This document shows, in pieces, positions 13,245 through 25,930 of a stretch of DNA of 64,000 bases. How positions within the stretch are numbered: the first letter of the stretch is position 1; each line of letters begins with the position of its first letter. A program made the position numbers and the translations under genes. The stretch comes from Octopus sinensis. Its lineage: Eukaryota. Under the pieces are notes generated by a model, which did no database searches, was not told the origin of the DNA, and worked only from the letters and a program-made list of their open reading frames with translations. The stretch is from the NCBI RefSeq assembly GCF_006345805.1, contig NC_043020.1:18290001-18354000 (forward strand). Reading direction: 5' to 3'.

Positions 13245-13690
13245 ATCTTTATATATATACATACATACGCATATATACATGTATATATATACACGCATAG
13301 AGACAGAGGCAAGTGCGCTGTCACAGACATAAAACAACAACACAATTATAAAATGTTAAATTACGAATAATAATAATAATAATAATTGATCTATCACCTG
13401 ATTTTCGTACCGTTTTTACTTGAGCTTCATTTGAAGAAAGTGAGATGCAGAAAGAGGTGTTGGATGAAGATGATGGCGGTGTTGTTGATGATGATGATGA
13501 TGATGATGAAGGGCTCAGAAGGGGATTCTCAAGACGTTTCGAAGGAAGCCGGCGCTGGTTGATGTGTTTAAAGGGACGTAACGCAATGGCGACAACAGCC
13601 TTGCGAGGGAGAGAGGTAGAGAGACAGAGATATAAGAGAACAAGGGTGAGAGATAAAAAGTGAAAGATAGAGAGATTGAGAAATAGATGT

Positions 13691-14175
13691 AGAGAGAGAG
13701 AGAGAAGGGGAGGAAAATGTGAGAGTGTGATATACAGAGAGAGGGTGAAAGAACAGAGTGGTAGATGTAGGAGAGTATGATATAGGGAGTGAGAAGGGGA
13801 GGATAAATGTAAGAAAGTATGATATAAAGACAGAGAGAGAGGGAAAAGAAAAGGCTAAATGTTAGAGAATGACATACAGAGAAAGAAAAGAGGAAGATAA
13901 ATGTGAAAGAGTGTAATATATATATATAGAGAGAGAGAGAAGGGGAGGAAAATGTGAGAGTGTGATATACAGAGAGAGGGTGAAAGAACAGAGTGGTAGA
14001 TGTAGGAGAGTATGATATAGGGAGTGAGAAGGGGAGGATAAATGTAAGAAAGTATGATATAAAGACAGAGAGAGAGGGAAAAGAAAAGGCTAAATGTTAG
14101 AGAATGACATACAGAGAAAGAAAAGAGGAAGATAAATGTGAAAGAGTGTAATATATATATATAGAGAGAGAGAAG
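13691..14175. repeat. Near-perfect direct duplication of a 235-bp purine-rich unit
   Basis: AAGGGGAGGAAAATGTGAGAG starts at 13705 and 13940; junctions fall in (GA)n/(TA)n. Confidence 0.9.
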
Positions 14176-14933
14176 AAAGAAAGAAAGAGTGAGGGTGTTA
14201 TGTGTGTGTATCTATGCTGTGAGAAAATAGAAGAGAAAAGAATATGGGAGTAAGAAGTAGGATGAGAATGGAGATAGGAAGAATGATAGACATATAGATA
14301 ATGTGATAAAGGTGGGGATCAGTGAGATACAAATAAAGTGTCAGTTGTGCGCCTGGACATGGATGGATCTATTAAGGTCCCTTGCAAAATGGCGAAGTCG
14401 ACGATGGTGGTCAATTGACAGGAGTGAACTTGACAATAAACATCAAATGCATTCTTTCTCTTTCTCTCTTTCTCTATAGCCACACTCACACACAATCTCT
14501 GTGCAGCCCTATTTGAGAAGACCGATTATGTATCTATCTGTCTATATATAGATATTTACACATATAAATATGTTTTTTTTTCCTTGTTGAGCCCCAGGTC
14601 AGCCCTGATCAAACAGATCTTTGATCAATTGCACTGAAGCCATGACCAACCCGTTTTTTTCTTTATTACATGTTGTTTTTCAGGCATTAGGCACCAAGAT
14701 GTCCTTTTCCCATGCTTTTTATAAAATAAGGGACAATGATTTTGATGGAGGTCTGACTATTGTTTCTAGAAGGTCGAGCATCAATCACACAGATACTCTC
14801 TCTGTTTACTCTGTGTGTGTGTTTCAAGGTTTATCTCTTTCTCTTTATCATTGTCTATTTATATATCCAAATATCTTCAAGAGGAAAACAAGTCGCCTTG
14901 CATATAATTATGCACGTCTCTCCTTTCCCTCCA

Positions 14934-14964
<31 letters not shown>

Positions 14965-15185
14965 AATATATATGCACACGGACACATATATACTTATATA
15001 TATCTACTCTTTTTGTCTGTATAGTTTCTTTGTTGTCTATCTACTCCCATCTCATCAACAAGAAAGTCATTCTAAGACAAAACAAGTATCCTGAGGACAA
15101 AAATGTCTCATTTGGTATGTTTTTGTTTACTGGAAAAAACAAAGAAAAACATTAACATTATACACACACGTGTGTGTGTGCGCGC

Positions 15186-15229
<44 letters not shown>

Positions 15230-15522
15230 ATTATAATTATTAAACGTCAACATGTGCGTGTGTATGGACGCTGTGTGGATTAATTTTATGAAAATTGTGT
15301 CTAATTTAATGTACATTTTATTAAACCGCATGTGTGAGCGTGTGTATACACATACAAACACACACACACATATATATCCTTTTATTATTTTATAAAAGGG
15401 TATTCGTAAATGAGCGCGCCAGTGAGTCTGTATATAATTACATTTTTGTGTTAAGTATTTAGTGTGCGTGAAACCAGTCTTTGTATGTGTGCATGTCTAC
15501 ACGGTTATTTTGTAAAATTACA

Positions 15523-15562
<40 letters not shown>

Positions 15563-15922
15563 CATGCTTACGTGTGTTAAATGAAAATAGGCTTCGATCA
15601 AGCAAGTTATTTATATATTTATTTACCTCATCACTATTTTCGGACATAAACACTGAATTAAATTAGCCGAGAAGTTTTAATATGATCTTGAGAATATTCA
15701 AGCAAGTTAGTTGTGCAAAGTACTAATGTCGGCGTGTATATGTATATGCGTATGTATACATATATATATATGTGTGTGTGTGTGTTGTGTGTATATATAT
15801 ATTTATGTATACAAAAGTGCAAATGTGAAAAACTATACAAATAAAAAGATGTAAACGCGCGCGAATATACGTTTGTTTCAACTACAAAATCTCTTTTATC
15901 TGTATAAAAACTTGTCTATCTA

Positions 15923-15960
<38 letters not shown>

Positions 15961-16247
15961 TATATAATACAATACTGGAGCACAGATTTATATAGCTATA
16001 TATGCTCACACTGTTGCAGATCAGTCCCCCCGCGACTCTTCTTTTCTTTTATATATTTTATAAAATTGATCACCGATATATCACCAGCGCTGATTGTTGC
16101 TAACAAAGGCTCAACTCTGTGACTTTATTTGCTGTTTAGGTTTTAGAGGTTTATATATTATATTTACAAACGGGGAGAAAAGTGTTCATTTGAAAACTCG
16201 GAATAATCAAACTCAAGGGTTTTACAATTTGTAAAACTAAGTTTCGA

Positions 16248-16292
<45 letters not shown>

Positions 16293-16395
16293 GTGTGTGT
16301 GTGTGTGTATGTATGTGTGTGTTTGGTATTGTCTATGATTCAAGAGAGAATGAAAAAGAATAGAGGCAGTATAACATATACAAGACAAGGTGTGC

Positions 16396-16458
<63 letters not shown>

Positions 16459-16611
16459 GACAGATAGGTAGATAGATCGCTGGCTGGAATAATGTCTGTT
16501 GATTCCACCAGTTAACGGAACAATACTACTAAATATATATATATATATATGATATATATATATATCAATATATTATATCATATATATATGTATGACATAC
16601 ATATTATATAA

Positions 16612-16666
<55 letters not shown>

Positions 16667-16790
16667 TAATATATATATATATATATTTATATATTATATA
16701 TATAATTTTATATATATATATATATGACAGAAAAATGAAACCAAAAGATTGTATATTTAAATATAAATAGACCCATTAAGTTGAACTTAC

Positions 16791-17150
16791 CTGAAGTGTC
16801 TGATCTTTATCTGATGAGGTGATTGATGTCAGAGACGAATGAGAGAAGAGAAGAAAAATTATAAGAAAAACAAATAAGTGTCTCGGAGATTTTGTTTGTT
16901 ATTGTTGATGTTGCTTTTACTATTTTCGTCTTCTCTACCACTAAATTGTACTGAGAGCTCTAAGAAATAAACGGTGGCCAGCACTGATTTTATTTCGTAT
17001 CTCAAGAGATATTTCAGAGAAACGATGTGGAATGGTATTGTCTGTGTTACTGGTTGGTTTTTGTACAGTGAAATTTAATTAAATGGTTAGTGCGTTGTTT
17101 TTTGTTGTGCTTAATTGTTCTGTGTGTGTGTGTGTGGTTTATTTTGGATC
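16791..17150 (-). other. Candidate non-coding exon ending at a consensus splice donor
   Basis: CAG|GTAAGT on the minus strand (GT at 16790-16789) in unique CpG-retaining DNA; upstream limit is a guess. Confidence 0.3.
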
Positions 17151-19227
17151 GTAGTGCGAGATATTCTCTGAAGTAGGAGAGAGTTAGTATTGCTTTCTAT
17201 AGGGAATATTTTATATCTGTGGTTTTTAAAGTTACTTAAAAGAAATGCATTACTATTATTAACAATTAATTAATAATTCATATTAATTATTGAATGCAAT
17301 AAGGTCTGATTGCTAAAATATGACGTTGGGTTTATATATAGATATATATATATATATAAACAAAAATGGAAATAGATTAACTGAGGACAGAAAACGAGGT
17401 CGAATTATGGATAAATATATATACATATGTATGTATATATAATTATATATCTAGGTGTGTATGTGTGTGTGTGTGTATGTTGTTATGGGGAAAGACAAGA
17501 CAGTTTTAAAAATATTACAGTGTAACTAATTGAAATGCAAGTCACTTCCTCCTCACTTCTACTCCTGCTTTCTTCATTCGTACCATTTTCGTTGTCGTGG
17601 TGGTGATTATGATAGAACTGTGATGATGGTGGTGGTGTTGATGATGGAGATGATAATGATGATGATGATAACGATGATGATGATGATGGTGGTGGTGGTC
17701 GTGTATCACATTACTATTTCTGCTCCTAACTTGTACGAAAACAACAACGGGTACTACTGCTTACTACAGACAATACTATAGTACCACCAGCGCTACGATC
17801 CGCCAACTTCGCCACCATGAGCTAAATGATAGAATTTTTTCTCTCTTTGCAACTCTCTCTCTTTCACATTCTCTCCTTCTATTTTCTACCCTCTCTCGCT
17901 TTCTCTTCCTAAATCAACTCCTGCTTCCACTCACTCACCTCCTCTTTTGCTCTGTTCTTTCTCCAAATCCATCCCACTTTCATTGTTTGCATCTCGTTAT
18001 CTTTCATTTCATGCTCCTCTCACTCTCCCCCTTAAACACTCCCCTTCTTCTAGCTCTGTATTTCTCTGTCTCTTCCCCTGTCTCTCCCTCTTTCCTCTTT
18101 TTTTGGTTCTCTCTCTGAGGCGGAGGCAGCTTTTTTCCTACTTTGTCTTTCTTTGTGTTTGCTTTTTTATTACACTTCCTGGATTTCGTTTCTTGAGATG
18201 CTATTCGTTTCCCTTACGTTGCTAAATAATGTTCTTGGGAATAAGCATGAACCTCACTTAATCTATATCACTTGGATTGAATTGATTCTACGAGTCTTCA
18301 TGTTTTATGCAAAAAGAAAATGCTTTTATAATTCCCATCCTTTCGTGTGTGTTCATATTTCTGTTACTTTCTTATGAAATAGAAGGCAATGTCTATTTTA
18401 ACGAATACAGTTGCTAATAACTGCTAACTTGAAAGAATTACAAACCATCAGAGAAATAGATATATAGCTATGGTAAACCTCAAGTGCCTATCAAACAAAT
18501 TGGACAAGTTCTTGGAATTTTGATGTCATATCTAAAAGATTTTTAAAATACATTTCATAATGAAATGAGGAACAATTTTTATATATTTTAAGCAATATTT
18601 TTTTTCTCGGCTTACAAATCTTAGAATGGGTGAATATACATTGGAAAACATTATTTTGGTTTCTTAATTCTGTATTTCTTGTCTCAAGTTTCTTGCCTAA
18701 AATTAATTAGAAGACTACAATTATAACATAATTATTGCAGTCTTGTTGCACGTTACATGGTTTACATCAGGTGATTCAACACCATGATCACATGATCGGC
18801 TCTATTTAACATGGTTACTAGTTCGCTTAGGAGAGCTCTGGAAATAAATGACCTCTTGCTACTACATCTGGATAAACACTTCACTACAGGACTTCATTAT
18901 TGGACGTGAATAAACACCTGAGTGGACTTTATAATAGTGACAAACGTCATCCCACCACACATAACATCACAACTACTCTAGCTGTAAAAGCACACATACT
19001 TGGAAGAATTGGCTCAGCAAATTAGAAATGGCAGATAGTAAAGATAAAAGAACAAATTATAATTTCTTGTTTCCAAGTACTGTTGGGCTTCAAAGTCAAC
19101 ACATTTTCTGTCTTCTAAAACGGAATGCTAGCAATTAAAATAGCATACATTTCTTTAAAAACAGATCCAAATCTTTCACCCTACAATGAAACAAACCAGA
19201 GCTGACTTCATATCTTTTACAACCATA

Positions 19228-19395
19228 GTATACACACAGGTGTAGCTGTGTGGTAAGAAGTTTACTTCCCAACCATGTGGTTTGGGGTTCAGTACCACTG
19301 CGTGGCACCTTGAGCAAGTGTATTCTAGAGCCTTGGGCCAACCAAAGCCTTGAGTGGATTTGGTAGGTGGAAACTGAAAGAAACTTATCATGTGT
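19228..19395 (+). mobile_element. SINE family A, 5' half
   Basis: GCTGTGTGGTAAGAAG...GGTTCAGTACCACTGCGTGGCACCTTGAGCAAG. Confidence 0.75.
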
Positions 19396-19412
19396 GTGTA
19401 TATATATATATA

Positions 19413-20038
19413 TAAATGGGTAACAAAGATGTACAGGTGTCAATTCATTATGGACGTTTCAAGTGACTCCTTTAATTGAGTAATGAAAACATTTCATCAT
19501 TTGAAAGTGACCGTTCTCGTCAGATGATCATATAGACTTTAATAAGCATAAAAGATACAAGCATTTCCTTAGGATATTCACATCAGTAATAGAACTCAAA
19601 ATATATATACCATTTCTTTTGTCATATCTGTGGCAGAATGAGTTTAGAAAATAATGCTTACCTTGTTAAGTCTGCTATAATTTAGACAGTGGCAGAGGAA
19701 ATAGTAATGGTGGGGGTCAAGATAAAGGGAGTGGTGACCTAGCTACTTATATTTAGGAGACTGCTACTCTCTAAATTATAGTAGACTTAAGGTATGCATT
19801 ATTTTCTAAACTCATTCTACCTCAGTTATGACAAAAGAAATGATGTAAATATTTTGAGTTCCGTTATTGATGTGAATATCTTAAGGAAATGCATATATCC
19901 TTTATGTTTGAAGTCTATGCGGTCATCCGACGAGAACAATTTCTTTCAAATGATGTTGTGTTTTCATTAATCAATTAATGGAGTCACTTGAAATGGCCAT
20001 AATGAATTGACCCCCTATACATCTTTGTTACTCGCTTA
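19413..20038. mobile_element. Fold-back (palindromic) element with ~280-bp arms
   Basis: 19413-19695 is the reverse complement of 19761-20038; about 19 differences in the outer 120 bp by hand count; 65-bp spacer. Confidence 0.85.
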
Positions 20039-23000
20039 TGTTTTGCTCGTCTAACTTGGAATCTGCACTTTGGGAATACTATAGAAAATACTTTTATAAA
20101 AAGTACATGTCTGAATTACCAAGAGTGGATCTCTTCACTTAGCTGGGTTGCGTTGTCTGCACACATGGCAGGAATATCAGGTACAAACACCCCTGCATGG
20201 AGTCTGGATATTCGATATTCAATTAATATTGTTTGGGTGTGTGGATTATACCGACCTAGCAAGGTGCCTCAATTTATGTACCTAATTCAACAGAATCTTA
20301 ATTATATATATATGTGTGTGTGCATATGTTTGTCACCCACTGCCACTTGACAACCAGTGTTGGTGTGTTTATGTCCCCGTAACTTAGCAGTTCGGCAAAA
20401 GAGAACAATAGAATAAGTACCAGGCTTCAAAAAACATAAGTATTGGGGTTGATTCATTCAACTAAAATTCTTCAAGGTGATGCCCCAGCATGGCCACAGT
20501 CTTATGATTAAAACAAGTAAAAGAATAAGTGTTAATTGTATTTAATATCATACTCTTGCTACTGGAACATTGAGTAGAAAACATTGTTTAAGTGGTCCAC
20601 ATAATAATGTTCATATTACACCATAAAGCCAAATATGGCACCTGTAAAGTTTTCTCATTCATTTTTCCATGCTATCATGGATTCCTTCCATCCATCCAAG
20701 TTGGACAACTTGCCCTGACCGATGTAACTCTTCCATGCCAGATGTTTCAATTGATCTTTGACGAGCTAATATATCTCATCTATACCTGCCTCAGCTATAG
20801 CTTTAGTTCACTGACTGAACTAATTGACTAACAGTTTGTTGTCTGTTCATCTGCTCAGCACCTGCTGATACTCACCATTGACTCAAATAAGTTCATCTGC
20901 TAAAATAGTTCGCATCCACCATGCTACATCCCATGATTTCAACATACCCTGGCCCTTGTGATTACATGCTATCAAATCCATAGCTAGAACCCTGATACAT
21001 GCTACTACTCCAGGTCAGAATAGGTCTGGGAACAAAAGTGGCTGAGAGGTGGCCCCACACACCTCAAAAGCCTGAAACTCTTGAATCTGGGTCCCACTAC
21101 CAGATGCCCTTCCCATCACTAATTTGTATCTGTTTACCAAGTAAGGGACCTATTATTCCAAATGTCTTTGAAAATACAAAATCAAGGAACAACATAAGCA
21201 CTTGTAGCTCAACAATTTTCAGGAAAGCACAAGTGCAAACACAGACACATATACACATGCATGTCTATAATACACATTAGTACTGGATCCCAGTGCCCCC
21301 ACCCACCTTCATCAATCTTACCATTCTTTCCTCTTTCTCACTAAACCCTGACACTAATCCCTATCTTCTCCTTTACTCTCTCCCCATAGTATATACTCTA
21401 TATCCTTGTCCACTACTGAAGACTCACAACCATAAATATGTTCTTCACATCATACTTCTCATGTCATCTTACCTAAAATCATCACACACTCTCTCTCCTC
21501 TTTTTTCAGGTGTGGTACCCTTTAAGCTCTTCAGTGTTGGATGTTGCAAGGCCCCCTCGCTAGTGCTGAGATCATGAAAAAAGCACTCAATACATTCTGT
21601 AAAGTAGTTTGTATTAGGAAGGGCATCCATCCATAGAAACCATGCAAAGCAAACATTCGTGTATTATCTGGTCCTCCACTTCAGATCTTTACCGAACCAT
21701 CCAGTCCATACCTGCATGGAAAGTGGATATCAAATAGTGATATATAAGATATATATTGATAAGCAGAGAGATTTATAGATACATCTTTTTTTCAATTTTT
21801 CACTACCAAATCCTCTCACAAAGTTTTGACCAACCTGGAGTTATAGTCGAAGAAACTTGTTCAAAATGCTGCTCAATGGGATTGAACCTGAAACCACATG
21901 GTTGAGAAGTGAACTTCTTAACCACTCAGCCATGCCTATTTCTTTTAAAATTAATCTCTCTTCTAAATCCTTCAAGACCTCCAAGATGGTCAAAAGTCTT
22001 GGAATCACTATTTTCCAATATCAAACAGTCAAATGAATTAGAATATTCTTTGAAATAGTTCAAATTCTATGGTGAGATGGATGTTTATCATTGGCAAGAG
22101 TTTCTGAAATTGTTCAAGTCAAACCAACAGAAAATAAGTCAAAGCAGTTTACGAAATGGATCAAATGCAGAAGTGGCAATGGGTTTCAAGAAACCAAGCT
22201 TGGTCAAGAATCCTTTGAAGTACTTGACCTTATAACCTTTGTAGGACTTCAAAGGTGTACTAGCAATGCGATATAGTCAGAGAATGAGAATGCATTATAT
22301 AAGAGAGAGAGAGAGAGAGAGGTAACATAGTGTAGCACTGCTTGCTGTGTTTTTACATTCAATGTCAGGTGACTCAATTAACCAGATACATGATCAAAGT
22401 AATGTTACAAGGTTGATGAATGAAGCTTGGTTATTCAGTTGGATAATGTTTTACAGGTAAACGACTTCTGGCAACTATGACTACACAGATGAATACTGTG
22501 CCGTGGAGCATAATTATTGAACTTGAATAAGTACCTTATCAGCCTTATATAAATACCATTGTGTATTTATATATTTTGTGTCACACCAAGGTAAAAACAA
22601 TCTTACTGGAGTTATCTCCCCTTTTTATAAATATATTAGTAAGAGAATAGCAAGACTGATCAGGTTTATCTCAGGACATGAGAAACATGAAAAGAAATGT
22701 ATTCCAATGTTGATATCACATGAGTCCTTGATATACACTTAAGGCCAATCATGATATTAAACTCGTTATTGGTAAAATTTTTGTGTTAAAAAAGTCTCAT
22801 ATACTGTTTCTGTTTTACTATGATAATCTTATTAAAAATTGTGTTAAATAATCTTAGCTTTGACATGATGTAACGTTTATAAGACTACAAGAAAATATGG
22901 CAACCATTTAATAGATAGTTATATTCCTCTTAAATGAGTGCTTTTTTTTTCATACCATTGGCCCTTGGGAGATTGCTAAATAACTTGCAAAATGAGAAAA

Positions 23001-23239
23001 GAACAGGACAAAGTAAACCTCAACTAAACAAAAGTGTAGTATTTGATAGAAAGAGGAGGGACAATAGTTCTATGCCAGATGTTGTAAGGGTTAAAGTATA
23101 ATGGATGAGATGCAAGGCTACTCTGCATTATGCAAGAGTGGATGCGAGTAGCTGGAAGGAAGATAGAGCTGGTGGTGTTGAGATACCAGGCCATCTCAAA
23201 ATAAAAGATGGTGGGTATGAGAGAGGATGCCTACAGTGC

Positions 23240-24262
23240 ATTGCTAAGTTACAGGGATATAAACAAACCAACACTAGTTGTCAAGCAATGAATGAGGTGG
23301 GATAAACACAAATACTATAAGAGAAGATACGTATAATGGATTGCTCAGTTACAGGACTGTAAACAAACCAACACCAGTTGTCAAGCAATGAGGTGGGATA
23401 AACACAAATACTATAAGAGAAGATACGTATAATGGATTGCTCAGTTACAGGACTGTAAACAAACCAACACCAGTTGTCAAGCAATGAGGTGGGATAAACA
23501 CAAATACTATAAGAGAAGATACGTATAATGGATTGCTCAGTTACAGGACTGTAAACAACCAACACCAGTTGTCAAGCAATGAGGTGGGATAAATACAATA
23601 CTATAAGAGAAGATACGTATAATGAATTGCTCAGTTACAGGACTGTAAACAAACCAACACCAGTTGTCAAGCAATGAGATGGGATAAACACAAATACTAT
23701 AAGAGAAGATACGTATAATGGATTGCTCAGTTACAGGACTGTAAACAAACCAACACCAGTTGTCAAGCAATGAGGTGGGATAAACACAAATACTATAAGA
23801 GAAGATACGTATAATGGATTGCTCAGTTACAGGACTGTAAACAAACCAACACCAGTTGTCAAGCAATGAGGTGGGATAAACACAAATACTATAAGAGAAG
23901 ATACGTATAATGAATTGCTCAGTTACAGGACTGTAAACAAACCAACACCAGTTGTCAAGCAATGAGATGGGATAAACACAAATACTATAAGAGAAGATAC
24001 GTATAATGGATTGCTCAGTTACAGGACTGTAAACAACCAACACCAGTTGTCAAGCAATGAGGTGGGATAACACAAATACTATAAGAGAAGATACGTATAA
24101 TGGATTGCTCAGTTACAGGACTGTAAACAAACCAACACCAGTTGTCAAGCAATGAGGTGGGATAAACACAAATACTATAAGAGAAGATACGTATAATCGA
24201 TTGCTCAGTTACAGGACTGTAAACAAACCAACACCAGTTGTCAAAGGATGAGATGGGACAAA
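23240..24262. repeat. 96-bp minisatellite, 10 full units plus one partial, derived from a family A SINE fragment
   Basis: Unit starts AAACAA(A)CC at 23261, 23361, 23457, 23553, 23647, 23743, 23839, 23935, 24031, 24125, 24221. Confidence 0.95.
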
Positions 24263-24308
24263 CATAAATACACACACATGTACATGAACATATATATGTG
24301 TGTGTGTG

Positions 24309-24540
24309 AAGGCGGCGAGCTGGCGGAAACGTTAGCAGGCCAGGCGAAATGCGTAACTGTATTTTGTCTGTCGTTATGTTGGGAGTTCAAATTCCACCAA
24401 GGTCGACTTTATCTTTCATCCTTTCAGGGTTGATAAATAAAGTACCAGTTACGCACTGGGGTCGATGTAATCGACTTAATCCGTTTGTCTGTCCTTGTTT
24501 GTCCCCTCTATGTTTAGCCCCTTGTGGGCAATAAAGAAAT
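24309..24540 (+). mobile_element. SINE family B, near full length
   Basis: GGCGGCGAGCTGGCGGAAACGTTAG head, GGAGTTCAAATTCC, core, tail CCCCTTGTGGGCAATAAAGAAAT; many CpGs retained. Confidence 0.85.
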
Positions 24541-24954
24541 ATATATATGTGTGTGTGTGTTAGCAATGAGGCAGAAGAGACTGATGGAATAACTACTAGA
24601 CTTTAAAATAAGTACTGGTGTTGATTTATTTGAATAAACCCTTCAAGGCGGTGCCCCAGCATGGCCACAGTCCAATGAAAGATAACATGAAACAATGAAA
24701 GATAACATAGAACAAATCCAGAGTGCACTGCTTGTCCTTATTTATTTTCGTTGACATTCTAATTTAGTAAATGATCTAACTTTTTTACAATTTCATAAGT
24801 ATTTAGAAAATACTTAACTTCAAAACTACAAAACAGCATTTCTATGTGTTTAATATATTAAGTTGAAGTATTACTCAAATGAAATTGAAAGATGGCTGGA
24901 TATGGTCAGTAGATTAGTTGGTTTATAAAATTATTGTTTTATTAGCTAATAGTA

Positions 24955-25150
24955 AAGGTGCATAGCTAAATGGTTAGAGTGTTGGACTCATGGTCAAAAG
25001 ATTGTGGTTTCAATTCCAGGACTGGGTGATGCATTGTTGTATTCTTCAGCAAAACACTTCTTTTGGTGTTGCTCCAGTCCATGCAACTAGCAAAAAAAAG
25101 TATTTCTACAACAGACCAACATCCCATCCAACAGGGGTAGTATACATACC
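24955..25150 (+). mobile_element. Decayed tRNA-headed SINE (third family)
   Basis: A-box-like TAGCTAAATGG, B-box-like GTTTCAATTCC, then TTCTTCAGCAAAACACTT. Confidence 0.5.
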
Positions 25151-25488
25151 AGAGAATCACTGACTCCATTGCTCTGAGTCTGTTTGACTCAGGAAGAAGC
25201 CTTGTCTTTTTTTTTTCTTTCTCCTTTACTAGCTTGTAGTGTTGGTTTTAGCACTTGCTTATAAGTATAACATGTTTTGAACCATCGAGAAAGACCTTAA
25301 ACTTGTTATTCAATCTGCTGAAAATAACATCAAAATCTCCTTCAAAGTACATTGTATTGCTTTATTCAACTAGACAGGATGATAATGGTTCGAACACATT
25401 TGATGATAGACTAACTCGATCAAGGTAGACCTAGAGCCTAAACAATAACTTACATAACAAAGCTAACACATCCTAGAGAGATTCTCTA

Positions 25489-25930
25489 TCATCATCATCA
25501 TCATCGTTTAATGTCTGCTTTCCATGCTAGCATGGGTTGGATGATTTGACTGAGGATTGGCAAACCAGATGGCTGCACCAGGCTCCAATTTGATCTGGCA
25601 GAGTTTCTACAACTGGATGCCCTTCCTAATGCCAACCTCTCTGAGAGTGTAGTGGATCCTTTTTACGTGCCAGCAGCACGAGGGCCAGTCAGGTGGTACT
25701 GGCAACAGCCACTTTCAAAGGGTGTTTTTTACATGCCACCTGCACAGGAGCTAGTCCAGCGGCACTGGCAACGACCTCACTCGAATGTTTTTCACATACC
25801 AGATGCTGGTAACGATCACACTCGAATGGTGCTTTTTATGTGCCACCAGCACGGAAGCCAGTTATCTGCTTTGGTAATGATCACGCTCAGATGGTGCTCT
25901 TAGTGCTCCGCTAGCATGGATGCCAGTCAT
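25489..25930 (-). mobile_element. RTE LINE 3' UTR fragment
   Basis: (ATC)n-GTTTAATGTCTGCTTTCCATGCTAGCATGGGTTGG, reverse complement of 4867-5236. Confidence 0.8.

Noticed and set aside
17811-17825. Perfect Kozak GCCACCATG
   Set aside because: Encodes only Met-Ser-stop; no evidence of transcription
19480-19525. Minus-strand CTGACGA...GAAA in the fold-back arm
   Set aside because: No stem I or stem II pairing
19657-19664. Minus-strand donor AAG|GTAAGC
   Set aside because: Lies inside the arm of the fold-back element
23240-24262. CRISPR-like regular repeat array
   Set aside because: The whole 96-bp unit repeats with no unique spacers; it is SINE-derived, has no cas genes and lies in eukaryotic context
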